Assembly (NCBI GenBank): GCA_963807165.1
Contig: CAWDZM010000001.1
Span: 198,306-262,305 of the forward strand
Reading direction: 5' to 3'
Source: an uncultured bacterium
GTDB lineage: Bacteria; Patescibacteriota; Minisyncoccia; UBA6257; 2-01-FULL-56-20
Length of the DNA stretch: 64,000 bases
In this document: piece after piece, positions 18,453 through 28,730 of the stretch
Numbering within the stretch: position 1 is the stretch's first letter
Layout: the number at the start of each line of letters is the position of its first letter
Notes under the pieces: model-generated
What the model was told of the DNA's origin: nothing
What the model saw: the letters and a program-made list of their open reading frames with translations, nothing else
The model's database searches: none
Made by a program: the position numbers and the translations under genes

Positions 18453-19749
18453 AGGCGGCAAGCCACTGTTCGGGGAGATCATGATCGCGGGAGCAAAGAA
18501 TGCAGTTTCAAAGATGATGGTGACATCGCTCCTGACCGATGAGCCGTGCATTTTGGAAAATGTACCGACGATCGGCGAGATCGATATCATTTTCGAGTTC
18601 TTAAAAAATATCGGGAGTGAAATCGATAAAGCCGGGCCGGTGGTAAAGATCGCCACGCCGATCATAAAGAATAATCGGGTGACGACGCTCACGCGGCGCA
18701 ATCGCATTCCTATTTTGGCGCTCGGGCCCTTACTCGCGAGGACGGGTGAGGCTGAGGTGCCGGTGCTCGGCGGCGATAAGATCGGACCGAGGCCGGTGGA
18801 TATTCACCTAGAGGGACTTTCAAAGCTCGGCGCGCAGATCCAGATCACAAAGGATAGCTATCACGCGTGGGCGCCGAACGGTCTGCAAGGCGCGGAGATA
18901 GAGCTTCGATTCCCGAGTGTTGGTGCTACGGAGAATATTATGCTCGCCGCCGTGCTGGCAAAGGGCAAGACCGTCATCAAGAACGCAGCGCTTGAGCCGG
19001 AGATCATCGAGCTTATGAAGATGCTCCAAAAAATGGGTGCGATTGTGGAGCTCTGCCCTCCGCGCACGATCACGATCGAGGGCGTGGAGAAACTGCATGG
19101 CGTCACACATCGCACCGTGCCGGATCGCAACGAATGCGTTTCTATGGCGTGCCTTGCCATCGCCACGAACGGCCGCATCATGTTGCGTGGAGCCGTGCAG
19201 GAACACCTCATCACGTTCCTCAATGTCGTGCGCCGCATGGGCGGCGAGTATGAAGTCACCGATGATGGCATCGCATTCTGGAAACCCGCCGCGCAGAATG
19301 GCGGCCATGCAGGACTGAAACCGCTCGAGATCCGCACCGACGTCCATCCCGGATTCATGACCGACTGGCAACAGCCGCTCGCGGTGCTGCTTACGCAGGC
19401 ACATGGCATTTCCACCATCCATGAAACGATCTACGAGGATCGCTTCGCCTTCGCGCTCGACCTCAATGAGATGGGGGCGAAAATAAAAATATCGACTGAG
19501 TGCCCACCAAACGATCTCTGTCGCCTTAACGGCAAAAATCATTATCACTTCGCAACGATCGAAGGGCCAACGCCACTCACGAGTAAGAACCTTACCGTGC
19601 GCGACCTCCGTTCCGGCATGGTGGACATCCTCGCCGCACTCGTCGCTCAAGGCGTCTCCGAAGTGGAAGGCGTGGAAGAGATCGACAGGGGATACGAACG
19701 GATCGATGAACGCCTTCGCCAGCTCGGCGCGGACATCACGCGGGTTTAA
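18433..19749 (+). CDS. murA: UDP-N-acetylglucosamine 1-carboxyvinyltransferase
   Basis: MurA N-terminus MAKFIIKGGKPLFGEI. Start placed at the internal ATG at 18433, 20 nt into the end of glyQS. Confidence 0.9.
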   Translation: MAKFIIKGGKPLFGEIMIAGAKNAVSKMMVTSLLTDEPCILENVPTIGEIDIIFEFLKNIGSEIDKAGPVVKIATPIIKNNRVTTLTRRNRIPILALGPLLARTGEAEVPVLGGDKIGPRPVDIHLEGLSKLGAQIQITKDSYHAWAPNGLQGAEIELRFPSVGATENIMLAAVLAKGKTVIKNAALEPEIIELMKMLQKMGAIVELCPPRTITIEGVEKLHGVTHRTVPDRNECVSMACLAIATNGRIMLRGAVQEHLITFLNVVRRMGGEYEVTDDGIAFWKPAAQNGGHAGLKPLEIRTDVHPGFMTDWQQPLAVLLTQAHGISTIHETIYEDRFAFALDLNEMGAKIKISTECPPNDLCRLNGKNHYHFATIEGPTPLTSKNLTVRDLRSGMVDILAALVAQGVSEVEGVEEIDRGYERIDERLRQLGADITRV

Positions 19750-19878
19750 ACAGTTTTGCAATCATTAAAAAATCATTAAATTAGTTTTGACAATTTTGCG
19801 TAGAGATTTATTATTGGAATATGCCTGTGAGGATCTAGAGTTCTCAATCGGCGAAAAGTGCTGATGACAGGCGGGCAG

Positions 19879-19905
19879 GGTCCACGCTTATGGCGTGGAT
19901 TTTTG
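19879..19905 (+). terminator. Rho-independent terminator: hairpin gtccacgc/gcgtggat, then ttttt.
   Basis: Seen ~130 nt after the murA stop. Confidence 0.45.
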
Positions 19906-20280
19906 CTTCTTGCCGTACACGGTCAAAAAATGTTTTTTACCATTCGGCGTCTGTTTAATAAGGATTGTTATAGGTATATCGTTGATCGTCGCAGTGAAAA
20001 TCCAATAACGTATATAAATATCATTGATAATTTTGAGTTCGTAAGAATAATGCGCATTTGGGTTCTGCAATACAGCCGGAACGTGATGAAGTAAAAGAAA
20101 TCGCCGTCTTTGTTCGCTCCGTGGACGGATTATATCTTTCTTTCCGATAAGATGATCAAGACCGCCCCTCGTAAAAGCAACATAATCATTCAGCACCGGG
20201 CACCAGATTTGCCCAATAACCCGATAAAACTCCTTTATTGATCGCTTGGCATCAGCATAACTCTCGCGGGAAATTTCCAT
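19888..20280 (-). CDS. Hypothetical protein. Weak resemblance to small RelE-fold toxin families (ends ...HFLTVYGKKQK).
   Basis: 130-aa ORF inside an otherwise non-coding, AT-rich ~800-bp gap. Confidence 0.3.
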   Translation of the reverse strand: MEISRESYADAKRSIKEFYRVIGQIWCPVLNDYVAFTRGGLDHLIGKKDIIRPRSEQRRRFLLLHHVPAVLQNPNAHYSYELKIINDIYIRYWIFTATINDIPITILIKQTPNGKKHFLTVYGKKQKSTP

Positions 20281-20563
20281 CCCGCCATTCTACGAAAGAG
20301 ACGATTAAAATTATTTAAAAGCTTTACGAGTATATAGTCATAAAGCTTAAGTTCTACCGAAATTTGGCATCTCTTAGATAGCAATTAGAATTATGATTGC
20401 GGTGGATTGATTTCATCGTGACCTAAATGCCTGAATAAGGCGGGAGGGGTAATTCTGAAAAGACAAGGTTAGCCCCTTCTGGAGCGGGTAGAGCAAAGAA
20501 TTCACAGCCAACTGTGAGCGATAATGCTTGTGCGAGGAGCCTTTTTCGCCTATAATAGCAAGC

Positions 20564-21571
20564 ATGTTCGGCAAGAAAATCGGCATCGATTTGGGCACGG
20601 CTAACACCGTTGTTTTTGTGCCGGGAAAGGGATTTATCATCAACGAGCCCACGATCGTGGCACTTACGCAGCCCGATAATACCGTGCTTGCGGTGGGCGC
20701 GGAGGCGAAGGAAATGATCGGCCGCACCCCGGACGAGATCGTGGCATACCGCCCGCTCAAAGACGGCGTGATCGCGGATTACTATATTACGAAAGCGATG
20801 CTTACGTACTTTATCTCGAAGGCGTCGGGCTGGTTCAACATCCTTAAGCCGGATGTCGTCATTTCCGTTCCAGCGGGCATCACGCAGACCGAACGCCGCG
20901 CCGTCATGAACGCCGCGCGCGAAGCGGGTGCGGGCAACGCGTTCATCGTACGCGAGCCGATCCTCGCCGCGCTTGGCGCCGGCATCCCGATCAACGCGCG
21001 TAGCGGAAATATGATCATCAACATCGGTGGCGGCACGAGCGAGCAGGCGGTGATCGCGCTTGGCAACATCGTCTCGTGGAACTCGCTCCGCATCGCCGGC
21101 AATAAGTTCGACCAAGCGATCATGGACTACATTAAAAAGAAGTATGCACTCGCGATCGGCGAACAGACGGCAGAGCAGGTCAAGATCGAGATCGGTTCGG
21201 CGATGCCGACGAAGGAAAAAATGGAATATCAGGTGCGCGGGCGCGATCTTGTAACCGGCTTGCCGAAGGACGTCGTCATCAACTCGAATGAGATCGCGGA
21301 GGCGTTGAATCCGTTGCTCATTGAGATCGCGAGTAGTGTGCAAAACGTCTTCAACGTAACCCCGCCGGAGCTCGTCGCTGATATTATGGAAAAGGGGATC
21401 ATCCTGAGCGGCGGCTCGGTGCAACTTCATCACCTTCCGGAGTTCTTTGAACGCTTCCTCGGCGTTCAAGCATACGTCGCTGAAGACCCGTTGTTCTGCG
21501 TGGCAAAAGGCACCGGCCTTATTTTGAATCATCTGGACACGTACAAGAGGACATTGCTCAACAAGCGATAA
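20564..21571 (+). CDS. mreB: Rod shape-determining protein MreB
   Basis: Actin-fold motifs (IGIDLGTANT). TATAAT sits 7 nt upstream of the ATG. Confidence 0.9.
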   Translation: MFGKKIGIDLGTANTVVFVPGKGFIINEPTIVALTQPDNTVLAVGAEAKEMIGRTPDEIVAYRPLKDGVIADYYITKAMLTYFISKASGWFNILKPDVVISVPAGITQTERRAVMNAAREAGAGNAFIVREPILAALGAGIPINARSGNMIINIGGGTSEQAVIALGNIVSWNSLRIAGNKFDQAIMDYIKKKYALAIGEQTAEQVKIEIGSAMPTKEKMEYQVRGRDLVTGLPKDVVINSNEIAEALNPLLIEIASSVQNVFNVTPPELVADIMEKGIILSGGSVQLHHLPEFFERFLGVQAYVAEDPLFCVAKGTGLILNHLDTYKRTLLNKR

Positions 21572-22450
21572 ATGATCGGCCACGAAGCAATTGTTGAAGA
21601 CTTAAAAGATCTCTCCGCGCGCGGTGTTCTTGGCCACGGCTATATTTTCGTCGGTCCGGCCATGGTGGGAAAACGGACGGTTGCGACGGCGCTTGGGCAC
21701 TTTTTAGAAAAAGGCACGTTTGAGCCGCCGCGCGATGCCGCGTCCGAACACGAAGAAGTGTTGCAGGACTTTAAAATTATCGACATCGCTTTCATGAAGA
21801 TGCTGAATTCTGACGCGAGCGGGGATTCAATCGGCATTGACGCGGCGCGCGAGGTAAAGACGTTTTTATGGCAAAAGCCAAACACGAGCGCGCGTCGCAC
21901 GCTCATCATTGATAATGCGGAGTTGCTGACGACAGAAGCCCAAAATGCATTACTAAAAATTACTGAAGAGCCACCCGCAAGCTCGTTGCTTATTTTAATA
22001 ACATCGGACATTGAAAGTATTTTACCGACGATCGTATCGCGCTTGCCAAAATTATATTTTGGCGCGGTGGCCCAGACGACAATAGAAGAATGGTTGATAA
22101 GAGAGGAACACCTCACCAGAGCCAAGGCGGCGGCGCTTGCAAAGCGCTCGCTTGGCAAACCCGGCATCGCATGGCGGATACTGCACGATGAGGCATTCCA
22201 GAAAAATCTTGAACTCGCGGAAGCGTTCCTTAAAACCACGCCGACCGCACGCCGCGACTTCATCAAAAAACTGATCGATCCGGACGACTTCAGCTTACGC
22301 ATATTCCTCGATGCTGTTATAATGACCCTGGCGTGGGAGACTCCGTCAAAGGCAACATCAGCGTTCTGGCACAAAACATTGAAACTGTATGAAGGCGTGA
22401 ACAACTTCAGCCTCAACCCACGACTCCAGCTTGAAGCACTTATGAAATAA
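21572..22450 (+). CDS. holB: DNA polymerase III delta'-like AAA+ clamp-loader subunit
   Basis: P-loop GPAMVGKRT and an SRC-like TIVSRLP motif. Confidence 0.55.
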   Translation: MIGHEAIVEDLKDLSARGVLGHGYIFVGPAMVGKRTVATALGHFLEKGTFEPPRDAASEHEEVLQDFKIIDIAFMKMLNSDASGDSIGIDAAREVKTFLWQKPNTSARRTLIIDNAELLTTEAQNALLKITEEPPASSLLILITSDIESILPTIVSRLPKLYFGAVAQTTIEEWLIREEHLTRAKAAALAKRSLGKPGIAWRILHDEAFQKNLELAEAFLKTTPTARRDFIKKLIDPDDFSLRIFLDAVIMTLAWETPSKATSAFWHKTLKLYEGVNNFSLNPRLQLEALMK

Positions 22451-22465
22451 TCGTTAAAACGCACT

Positions 22466-23026
22466 ATGACCATCTCCGAACAAATAACAAAAGATCTTGA
22501 ACTCGCACTCTCCGGCGTGACGGCAAAGCTGAAAGAAGACTTCGGCCAGATCCGTGGCAACCGCCCATCACCGGACATGATCCAAAATATCCGGATCAAT
22601 CTTTATGATCAGCAATTGACTATTCGCGAACTGGGATCACTCACTGTTTTACCACCGCGCACCATTCAGATCAGTGTCTGGGATCCCGGCGCGATCAGCG
22701 CGGTCATGAAAGCGATCGATGATGCGCATCTCGGGCTTTCCACCAATAATGACGGCACCACCATCCGCGCAACACTTTCACCGCTCGGCGATGAACGCCG
22801 CGACGAGATGACCAAGCTCGTCAAAAAGATCTCCGAGGCCACGCGCATCCAAATCCGTGCCCGACGGGAGGACGCGGTCAAGCGGCTTAAAGATAGCGAA
22901 GGCCGCAAAGAAATTACGGAAGACGATGCATTCAGGGGTAAAGAAAAGATTCAGAAGACCGTGGATAAGGCGAACGGAGAAGTGGAAGCGATGGTGAACG
23001 GCAAGCTGGCCGAGCTGGGAGAATAA
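22466..23026 (+). CDS. frr: Ribosome recycling factor
   Basis: Full-length RRF homology. Confidence 0.9.
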   Translation: MTISEQITKDLELALSGVTAKLKEDFGQIRGNRPSPDMIQNIRINLYDQQLTIRELGSLTVLPPRTIQISVWDPGAISAVMKAIDDAHLGLSTNNDGTTIRATLSPLGDERRDEMTKLVKKISEATRIQIRARREDAVKRLKDSEGRKEITEDDAFRGKEKIQKTVDKANGEVEAMVNGKLAELGE

Positions 23027-23054
23027 AAAACGCGTTATCTGATACACTTATACC

Positions 23055-24110
23055 GTGCTCATCATCATTCTCGTTATTATTGGATTATCGGTTTTGATCC
23101 TCGGCCATGAAGCCGGGCATTTTTTCGTCGCAAAATGGTTTGGGGTAAAAGTAGAGGAATTCGGCATCGGATTTCCACCGCGCATCATAGCGAAACGGTT
23201 CGGCGAAACGGAATATAGCATCAATTGGCTCCCATTCGGCGGGTTCGTGCGTATCAGCGGCGAGCGCGGGGAATTTGAGGCGATCAGCCCAGACGAGGAT
23301 ACCGCAGCACTTTCGGATGCGGATAAAGCACGGCTCTTTTATAACCAACCGGCGTGGAAAAAAAGCTTGATCGTCCTCGCGGGGGTGTTTATGAACTTTA
23401 TCCTGGGCTGGCTACTCATCGCCGCCGTGTTCATGACCGGCGTGCCGCAGACGCTCGTGATCTCGGCAACAGAATCGGGCTCGCCTGCCGCTGTGGCCGG
23501 CATCCAGGCAGGGGATGTGGTCAAAGGCTATAGCGATTCGCAAAGCTTCATCAATTATATCGACGCGAATAAAGGCACGCCGGTTACCGTCACCATTGTC
23601 CGCGACGATAAAGATATCAGCTTCACCATGACCCCACGCGTGAACGCGCCAGCGGATCAAGGTGCGCTCGGCGTTGCACTGGAAGAAGGCGGCGCGGCGC
23701 GCGAGAACTTCTTTAAGGCCCTGTGGGATGGTCTTCAAGATGCCGCGATCATCTCATGGCTCACCCTCCAGGCATTTTATGAACTACTCAAACAAATTTT
23801 TGTCCACGCATCGATCCCTGCCGATGTCGTCGGCCCCGTCGGTATCTTTGGCATTGCGGAAGAAACCGGCAAAATCGGTCTGGCATATCTTTTGCAATTT
23901 CTTGGGATCATCTCCATCAACCTGATGATCGTCAACTGCATTCCGTTCCCGGCACTCGACGGCGGCCGCTTCCTTATTGTTCTCATTGAAAAGATAAAAG
24001 GTTCGGCGATACCCTATAAAGTGGAAGCGTGGGTGAATGGCATAGGATTTGCGCTATTGCTGTTGTTGATGGTGGTGTTAACAGTGCGAGATGTAAGCAT
24101 GTTGCTGTAA
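23055..24110 (+). CDS. rseP: RIP metalloprotease RseP (site-2 protease)
   Basis: HExxH (HEAGHF), PDZ domain, LDGG motif. GTG start. Confidence 0.8.
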   Translation: MLIIILVIIGLSVLILGHEAGHFFVAKWFGVKVEEFGIGFPPRIIAKRFGETEYSINWLPFGGFVRISGERGEFEAISPDEDTAALSDADKARLFYNQPAWKKSLIVLAGVFMNFILGWLLIAAVFMTGVPQTLVISATESGSPAAVAGIQAGDVVKGYSDSQSFINYIDANKGTPVTVTIVRDDKDISFTMTPRVNAPADQGALGVALEEGGAARENFFKALWDGLQDAAIISWLTLQAFYELLKQIFVHASIPADVVGPVGIFGIAEETGKIGLAYLLQFLGIISINLMIVNCIPFPALDGGRFLIVLIEKIKGSAIPYKVEAWVNGIGFALLLLLMVVLTVRDVSMLL

Positions 24111-24147
24111 CCCGAATAGTCTTTTTGAAGGCGCTATACTATAAGCT

Positions 24148-25353
24148 ATGATCCAACGTGGTATAGCTTCTTTCGGACTCGACTACGGCAAGTGTCCGCC
24201 GTGGCTTTTTGAGCGCATGGTAAAGCTCGGACGCGAAATGATGTATGTATTGATAGCCGAATACGGCCCGGACGAGTTTATCAAACGCATCGCCGACCCG
24301 GCGTGGTTTCAATCGCTCGGCACAGTGCTCGCGTTCGATTGGAACGCGAGTGGACTCACGACTATTTTAACCGCGGCACTCAAGGAAGCAATCCGTGGGC
24401 ACGAGGCAGATTTCGGCATCGTGATCGCTGGGGGAAAAGGAAAGACGTCCCTAAAGACGCCGGATGAGATCCAGGCATGGGGCGATCGCCTGGCGATGCC
24501 CGTTGCCCAGACAAAAAAGCTGGTCTATAACTCCAAGATGAGCGCCAAGGTGGATTCCGCACTCGTGCAGGACGGCTTCCAGCTCTATCATCACGCGTTC
24601 TTCTTCTCACGCGGCGGTGCGTGGGCAGTCGTCCAACAGGGAATGAATGCGGAGAAACAATCAGCGCGACGCTACCATTGGTATTCGGAGGACGTGAACG
24701 ATCTGGTATCCGATCCGCACTCCGGCATCTCATCGCCAGTGACACTCAAGACCGTGCTCGATCTAAGCGCGGCAAAAAGCGATAAGACCCGCGAGATCTC
24801 GACCGAGCTCACGCAGGCCGGTTACGCGACGCTTATGAAGGACATCACGCTCTTGCGAAAATATTCATCACATCTTTCGCAAATGGCAAAGATTCAAATC
24901 GACGGTGATGGCCGACAGAGCCAGCAGCTCAGCCTGCTCAATTTAGAATCTGTTGAGTTCACCACCCATCCTGTCATATTTGAGGATTTTTCCAAGAGTA
25001 AATATTTAGAAAAAATATTGGCAAAGGTGACTGACGAAAAACCGCAAAGCTATGAAAAACTTCTCGCCACAGAAGGCGTCGGCGCAAAGACCGTCCGCGC
25101 GCTTGCGCTCGTCGGCGAGATCATCTATGGCGCATCGCCATCATACGAAGATCCTGCGCGTTATAGCTTTGCCCACGGCGGAAAAGATGCCACGCCCTAT
25201 CCAGTGGATCGCAAAACATACGACGAGACCATCATAATGCTCGGCCGCGCCGTGCGGAAGACACGCCTCCCGCTCGCCGACAAGCAGAAGGCACTCAACC
25301 GACTCAACGGAACCAGCAACAACATCGACACGCCACCGACCCAAATACTATAA
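24148..25353 (+). CDS. Conserved hypothetical protein (possibly DUF763-like)
   Basis: 401 aa, soluble. Family assignment from memory only. Confidence 0.35.
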   Translation: MIQRGIASFGLDYGKCPPWLFERMVKLGREMMYVLIAEYGPDEFIKRIADPAWFQSLGTVLAFDWNASGLTTILTAALKEAIRGHEADFGIVIAGGKGKTSLKTPDEIQAWGDRLAMPVAQTKKLVYNSKMSAKVDSALVQDGFQLYHHAFFFSRGGAWAVVQQGMNAEKQSARRYHWYSEDVNDLVSDPHSGISSPVTLKTVLDLSAAKSDKTREISTELTQAGYATLMKDITLLRKYSSHLSQMAKIQIDGDGRQSQQLSLLNLESVEFTTHPVIFEDFSKSKYLEKILAKVTDEKPQSYEKLLATEGVGAKTVRALALVGEIIYGASPSYEDPARYSFAHGGKDATPYPVDRKTYDETIIMLGRAVRKTRLPLADKQKALNRLNGTSNNIDTPPTQIL

Positions 25354-25373
25354 CGTATGGTATAATTTTATAC

Positions 25374-25658
25374 ATGAACACATTGATTCATGCAGATATT
25401 TTCTTTTTTGTGACAACAATTGCAGTTATCATTGTTGGGATCGCACTCACCATAGCACTCATCTATCTCTCAAAGGTATTGAGTGATATTAAAGAAATAA
25501 CGAAGCAGGTAAAAGAAGAAACAATGTTATTCCGAGAAGATATCAAAGGGTTGCGGAGCGATGTTAAACGAGAAGGGTTCCGTATTGAACGCTTTTTGAT
25601 GTTCATTAAGAACTTGTTCAAAAAGACAACGGCAAGGTCGAAAAAGGAAATGAAATAA
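25374..25658 (+). CDS. Hypothetical small membrane protein
   Basis: N-terminal TM helix, charged tail. Confidence 0.3.
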   Translation: MNTLIHADIFFFVTTIAVIIVGIALTIALIYLSKVLSDIKEITKQVKEETMLFREDIKGLRSDVKREGFRIERFLMFIKNLFKKTTARSKKEMK

Positions 25659-25685
25659 TAAATTTTTAATAAAACATCTGATACT

Positions 25686-26114
25686 ATGGCAATAAAAAAG
25701 AAAGCGGCAAAGAAGGGGAGTGCTGCGAAAGCATGGGGCATCGGCGGCGCTATCACTGCGGCAACGATCGCAGCGGCAGCCGGGGCATATCTCCTTTCTG
25801 ATAAGAAGACGAAAACAAACGCAAAAAAGTGGATAGCGAGTGCACGCAAAGAGGTGATCAAAAATGCAAAGATGGCAAAGAAGCTGGGCGAAAAGGAATA
25901 CGGCAAGATCGTTGAGCAGGCAGTCAAGCATTATGGCTCGCTTGAAAATCTCTCTGCTGCGGACGTCATCGCCGCCGCAAAAGAAATGAAGGGTGAGTGG
26001 AAAAAGATCCATGCCGAAGCGGATAAAATGATGAAGGCATATGCGCCGAAGAAAACAGGCACAAAGAAGAAATCTGCGCACAAAGCCAAGCCCGTAAAGA
26101 AAGCACGAATATAA
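25686..26114 (+). CDS. Lysine/alanine-rich small protein with an N-terminal hydrophobic segment
   Basis: Composition. Followed by a strong terminator. Confidence 0.4.
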   Translation: MAIKKKAAKKGSAAKAWGIGGAITAATIAAAAGAYLLSDKKTKTNAKKWIASARKEVIKNAKMAKKLGEKEYGKIVEQAVKHYGSLENLSAADVIAAAKEMKGEWKKIHAEADKMMKAYAPKKTGTKKKSAHKAKPVKKARI

Positions 26115-26148
26115 AATCGCGCTCGATAGTGTAATTAGTAATAGATTA

Positions 26149-26176
26149 AAAACTCCGGAGACCCCGGAGTTTTTAA
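26149..26176 (+). terminator. Rho-independent terminator: aactccgg/ccggagtt, then ttttt.
   Basis: 8-bp GC-rich stem followed by a T-run. Confidence 0.55.
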
Positions 26177-26257
26177 TCTATATTTCAATATTGACGAAAG
26201 CGCTCTATTTGTTCTACCCTACTCACAGCAAGCGCATCTGCGCATTGGGAGAATCTT

Positions 26258-27112
26258 ATGAAAGTCGAATTGGGAATTCCTTGGATAGTGATAGGGATTG
26301 CAATGATGATACTCAGCGGCGGTGCTCTTCTGTTCTATCATCCGGTACCCCAAAGCGTAACGCGCGTCTCTGCGGATCGAGAGATCGTCGTTGTCACCAA
26401 CGTCGAAGATAAGGGATCAACAGCGACGGTGTGGGTAGAAAGAATCCCTGACGACAACGGTCGTTATCCCCTGAAGATCATTGAAGAATTCGGGATAAAT
26501 TCCGACATTATCAATAGATTTAGCATAAAAAAAGGTGACTTGTTGATTGTGCGGAGTTCTTATCTGAAAGAACAATCAGGAGAGTCCCTCACAATTTTTA
26601 TGAATTCTCCGATCACGGGAACGGTGGAATCGCTAACCGATAAGCCGAAGGTAATAACGAATAGACCACCCCTCCCAAAGAGGAAGCCACACCGGCCTCC
26701 TCTTTTTTTATTTCTTCTCACTAGGTCTCCACGTGCACTACTCGTACCTGAGCGCCTCGATCGGACTCTTCCGCGCGGCCTGGCTGGCAGGATAAATGCC
26801 GAATGCGATACCAGTGACACTCGAGACCACGACCGCGATGATAACAGCGGACAAGGGGAATGCAAACGTCCATGCGATACCGGCGATCTTGGTAATGACC
26901 AGCCATGCAGCGCCAACCACGAGTCCGCCAAGGGCGATACCGATGATCCCACCAATAAAGGTCAGCATCACGGACTCCACGAGAAATTGCTGAAGGATAT
27001 CATTATTGGTGGCACCGACCGATTTACGCAGGCCAATCTCTTTTGTGCGTTCAATGACAGACACCAACATGATGTTCATGATCCCAATCCCACCGACAAC
27101 CAGCGAGATTGA
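26258..27112 (+). CDS. Hypothetical secreted protein. The 3' ~150 codons are low-complexity and antisense to the permease gene, so they are doubtful.
   Basis: N-terminal TM/signal. Stops appear in other frames near 26660, just before a terminator-like ggcctcctcTTTTTTT. Confidence 0.3.
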   Translation: MKVELGIPWIVIGIAMMILSGGALLFYHPVPQSVTRVSADREIVVVTNVEDKGSTATVWVERIPDDNGRYPLKIIEEFGINSDIINRFSIKKGDLLIVRSSYLKEQSGESLTIFMNSPITGTVESLTDKPKVITNRPPLPKRKPHRPPLFLFLLTRSPRALLVPERLDRTLPRGLAGRINAECDTSDTRDHDRDDNSGQGECKRPCDTGDLGNDQPCSANHESAKGDTDDPTNKGQHHGLHEKLLKDIIIGGTDRFTQANLFCAFNDRHQHDVHDPNPTDNQRD

Positions 27113-27985
27113 TGCGATCGCGGCAAGGAAAAGGGTGAGGATGGAAGTGATGTTGCCGAGCAATGAAAGCACATCCTGCTGTGTTTCGATCGTAAAATCA
27201 TCCTTGTTTGGATCGGTGATGCTGTGATCTTGTTCCAAGATCGATTCCACCCGCGATTGGGCAAAGCTCACCGTATACGCATCGTTCGCCTCCACCTCGA
27301 TATCACTGAAATAATTGATACCGAGCATTTGCTTCTGCCCGACAGTGATGGGAACCAGCACAAGATCATCCTGATCAACGCCGAACGCACCGGTACCTTT
27401 TTTTGCCAAAACACCAACCACGCGGAATTGGATATTTTTTACCTCTATATATTGCCCCACCGGATCCGATCCGGCGCCAAAGAGGGTCGTCGCAAGCGAG
27501 GAACCAATGACCGCAACGTGGTTAAGCGATTGCACATCATTATCGGTGAACGGATACCCATTCTGTACTGCAAAATTACGAACGGTAAAGAAGTTTGCCG
27601 GCACACTATCGAATGTCACGGTCTCGCTATTATCCCCAAAACTTGCTGTCGCCTGGCCGCGCACTTCTTCCGTTACCGCAGAGATCGATGGATCGCGAGC
27701 AAGCGCATCCGCATCCTGCTGTACCAAGCTCGTAATAATGATACCTTGCGCTGAAGCAGGGGAGGAGAATTTTCCGTTATTCGTGCCGCCGGGCAAAATA
27801 ATAATGAGGTTCGAACCCAATCCCTGCACCTGCGCCAAAATATAATCCTGCGCGGACTGGCCAATGGACATCAAAATAATAACGGATGAAATACCAATGA
27901 CGATGCCGAGCATCGTCAACAGCGAGCGCATCTTACCGTGCCTGAGTGTTGCCCTGGATGATTTTACGAGATCGCTGACGCGCAT
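26738..27985 (-). CDS. ABC transporter permease, MacB/FtsX family
   Basis: MacB-type periplasmic domain plus FtsX C-terminal helices, ending ...EALRYE. Confidence 0.85.
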   Translation of the reverse strand: MRVSDLVKSSRATLRHGKMRSLLTMLGIVIGISSVIILMSIGQSAQDYILAQVQGLGSNLIIILPGGTNNGKFSSPASAQGIIITSLVQQDADALARDPSISAVTEEVRGQATASFGDNSETVTFDSVPANFFTVRNFAVQNGYPFTDNDVQSLNHVAVIGSSLATTLFGAGSDPVGQYIEVKNIQFRVVGVLAKKGTGAFGVDQDDLVLVPITVGQKQMLGINYFSDIEVEANDAYTVSFAQSRVESILEQDHSITDPNKDDFTIETQQDVLSLLGNITSILTLFLAAIASISLVVGGIGIMNIMLVSVIERTKEIGLRKSVGATNNDILQQFLVESVMLTFIGGIIGIALGGLVVGAAWLVITKIAGIAWTFAFPLSAVIIAVVVSSVTGIAFGIYPASQAARKSPIEALRYE

Positions 27986-28000
27986 AGAATATAAAATATA

Positions 28001-28711
28001 TTATTTGAAAAATTCATCTTTGGAATGCCGCGGGTTCTTGACCGGCTGATCACTCTCGATCACGCCGTCGCGCAGACGGATGATACGATCCGCGAATTCG
28101 GCAGTGTTCGTCTCGTGGGTCACAAGAATGACCGTGCGGCCAGCATGGTTTAATCCATCAAGGATACTCATCACCTGGGCACCGGAAACAGAATCGAGGT
28201 TGCCCGTCGGCTCATCGGCAAAGATGATATCCGGATCATTCACGAGCGCACGGGCGATCGCGATGCGCTGTTTCTGGCCGCCGGAAAGCTTCGCCGTTTC
28301 CACATAAAGCTTTTCATCAAGACCCACCGAGTGGACCGCATCCTCGATCATCTTTTTGCGTGCTGCAGGCAGAACGTCGGAATAGATGAGTGGGATTTCT
28401 ACGTTTTCATATACCGTCAAGCGGGTAAGGAGGTTGAACGACTGGAATACGAACCCGATGCTCTTGTTGCGGATGTGTGCGAGCTCCACGTCCGTCATAT
28501 CATCGATTTTTTTACCGTTAAAGGTGTAGCTGCCGCCAGAGGAGCGATCAAGGAAGCTGAGTATCTGCACAAGGGTAGATTTTCCGGAACCGGATGGGCC
28601 CATAATAGAAACAAAATCTCCTTTATTGATAGTAAAAGTAACACCGCGAAGTGCGGATGTCATTCCGGCGTCATCGTTATAATCTTTTTTGAGGTCTTTG
28701 ACTTCGATCAT
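28001..28711 (-). CDS. ABC transporter ATP-binding protein (MacB/LolD-like)
   Basis: Walker A GPSGSGKST, signature LSGGQKQR, Walker B. Confidence 0.9.
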   Translation of the reverse strand: MIEVKDLKKDYNDDAGMTSALRGVTFTINKGDFVSIMGPSGSGKSTLVQILSFLDRSSGGSYTFNGKKIDDMTDVELAHIRNKSIGFVFQSFNLLTRLTVYENVEIPLIYSDVLPAARKKMIEDAVHSVGLDEKLYVETAKLSGGQKQRIAIARALVNDPDIIFADEPTGNLDSVSGAQVMSILDGLNHAGRTVILVTHETNTAEFADRIIRLRDGVIESDQPVKNPRHSKDEFFK

Positions 28712-28730
28712 TCAGTGCTGGATTACGCGA

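Noticed and set aside
18820-19761. Long minus-strand ORFs (313 aa and 185 aa) antisense to murA
   Set aside because: They lie entirely inside a well-supported murA gene, have Arg/Ala-rich GC-frame composition and no homology. They are typical spurious antisense ORFs in GC-rich DNA.
20423-22599. Antisense ORFs 20423..21583 (386 aa) and 21640..22599 (319 aa) opposite mreB and holB
   Set aside because: Low-complexity Arg/Ser-rich translations opposite strongly supported genes. Rejected as non-coding.
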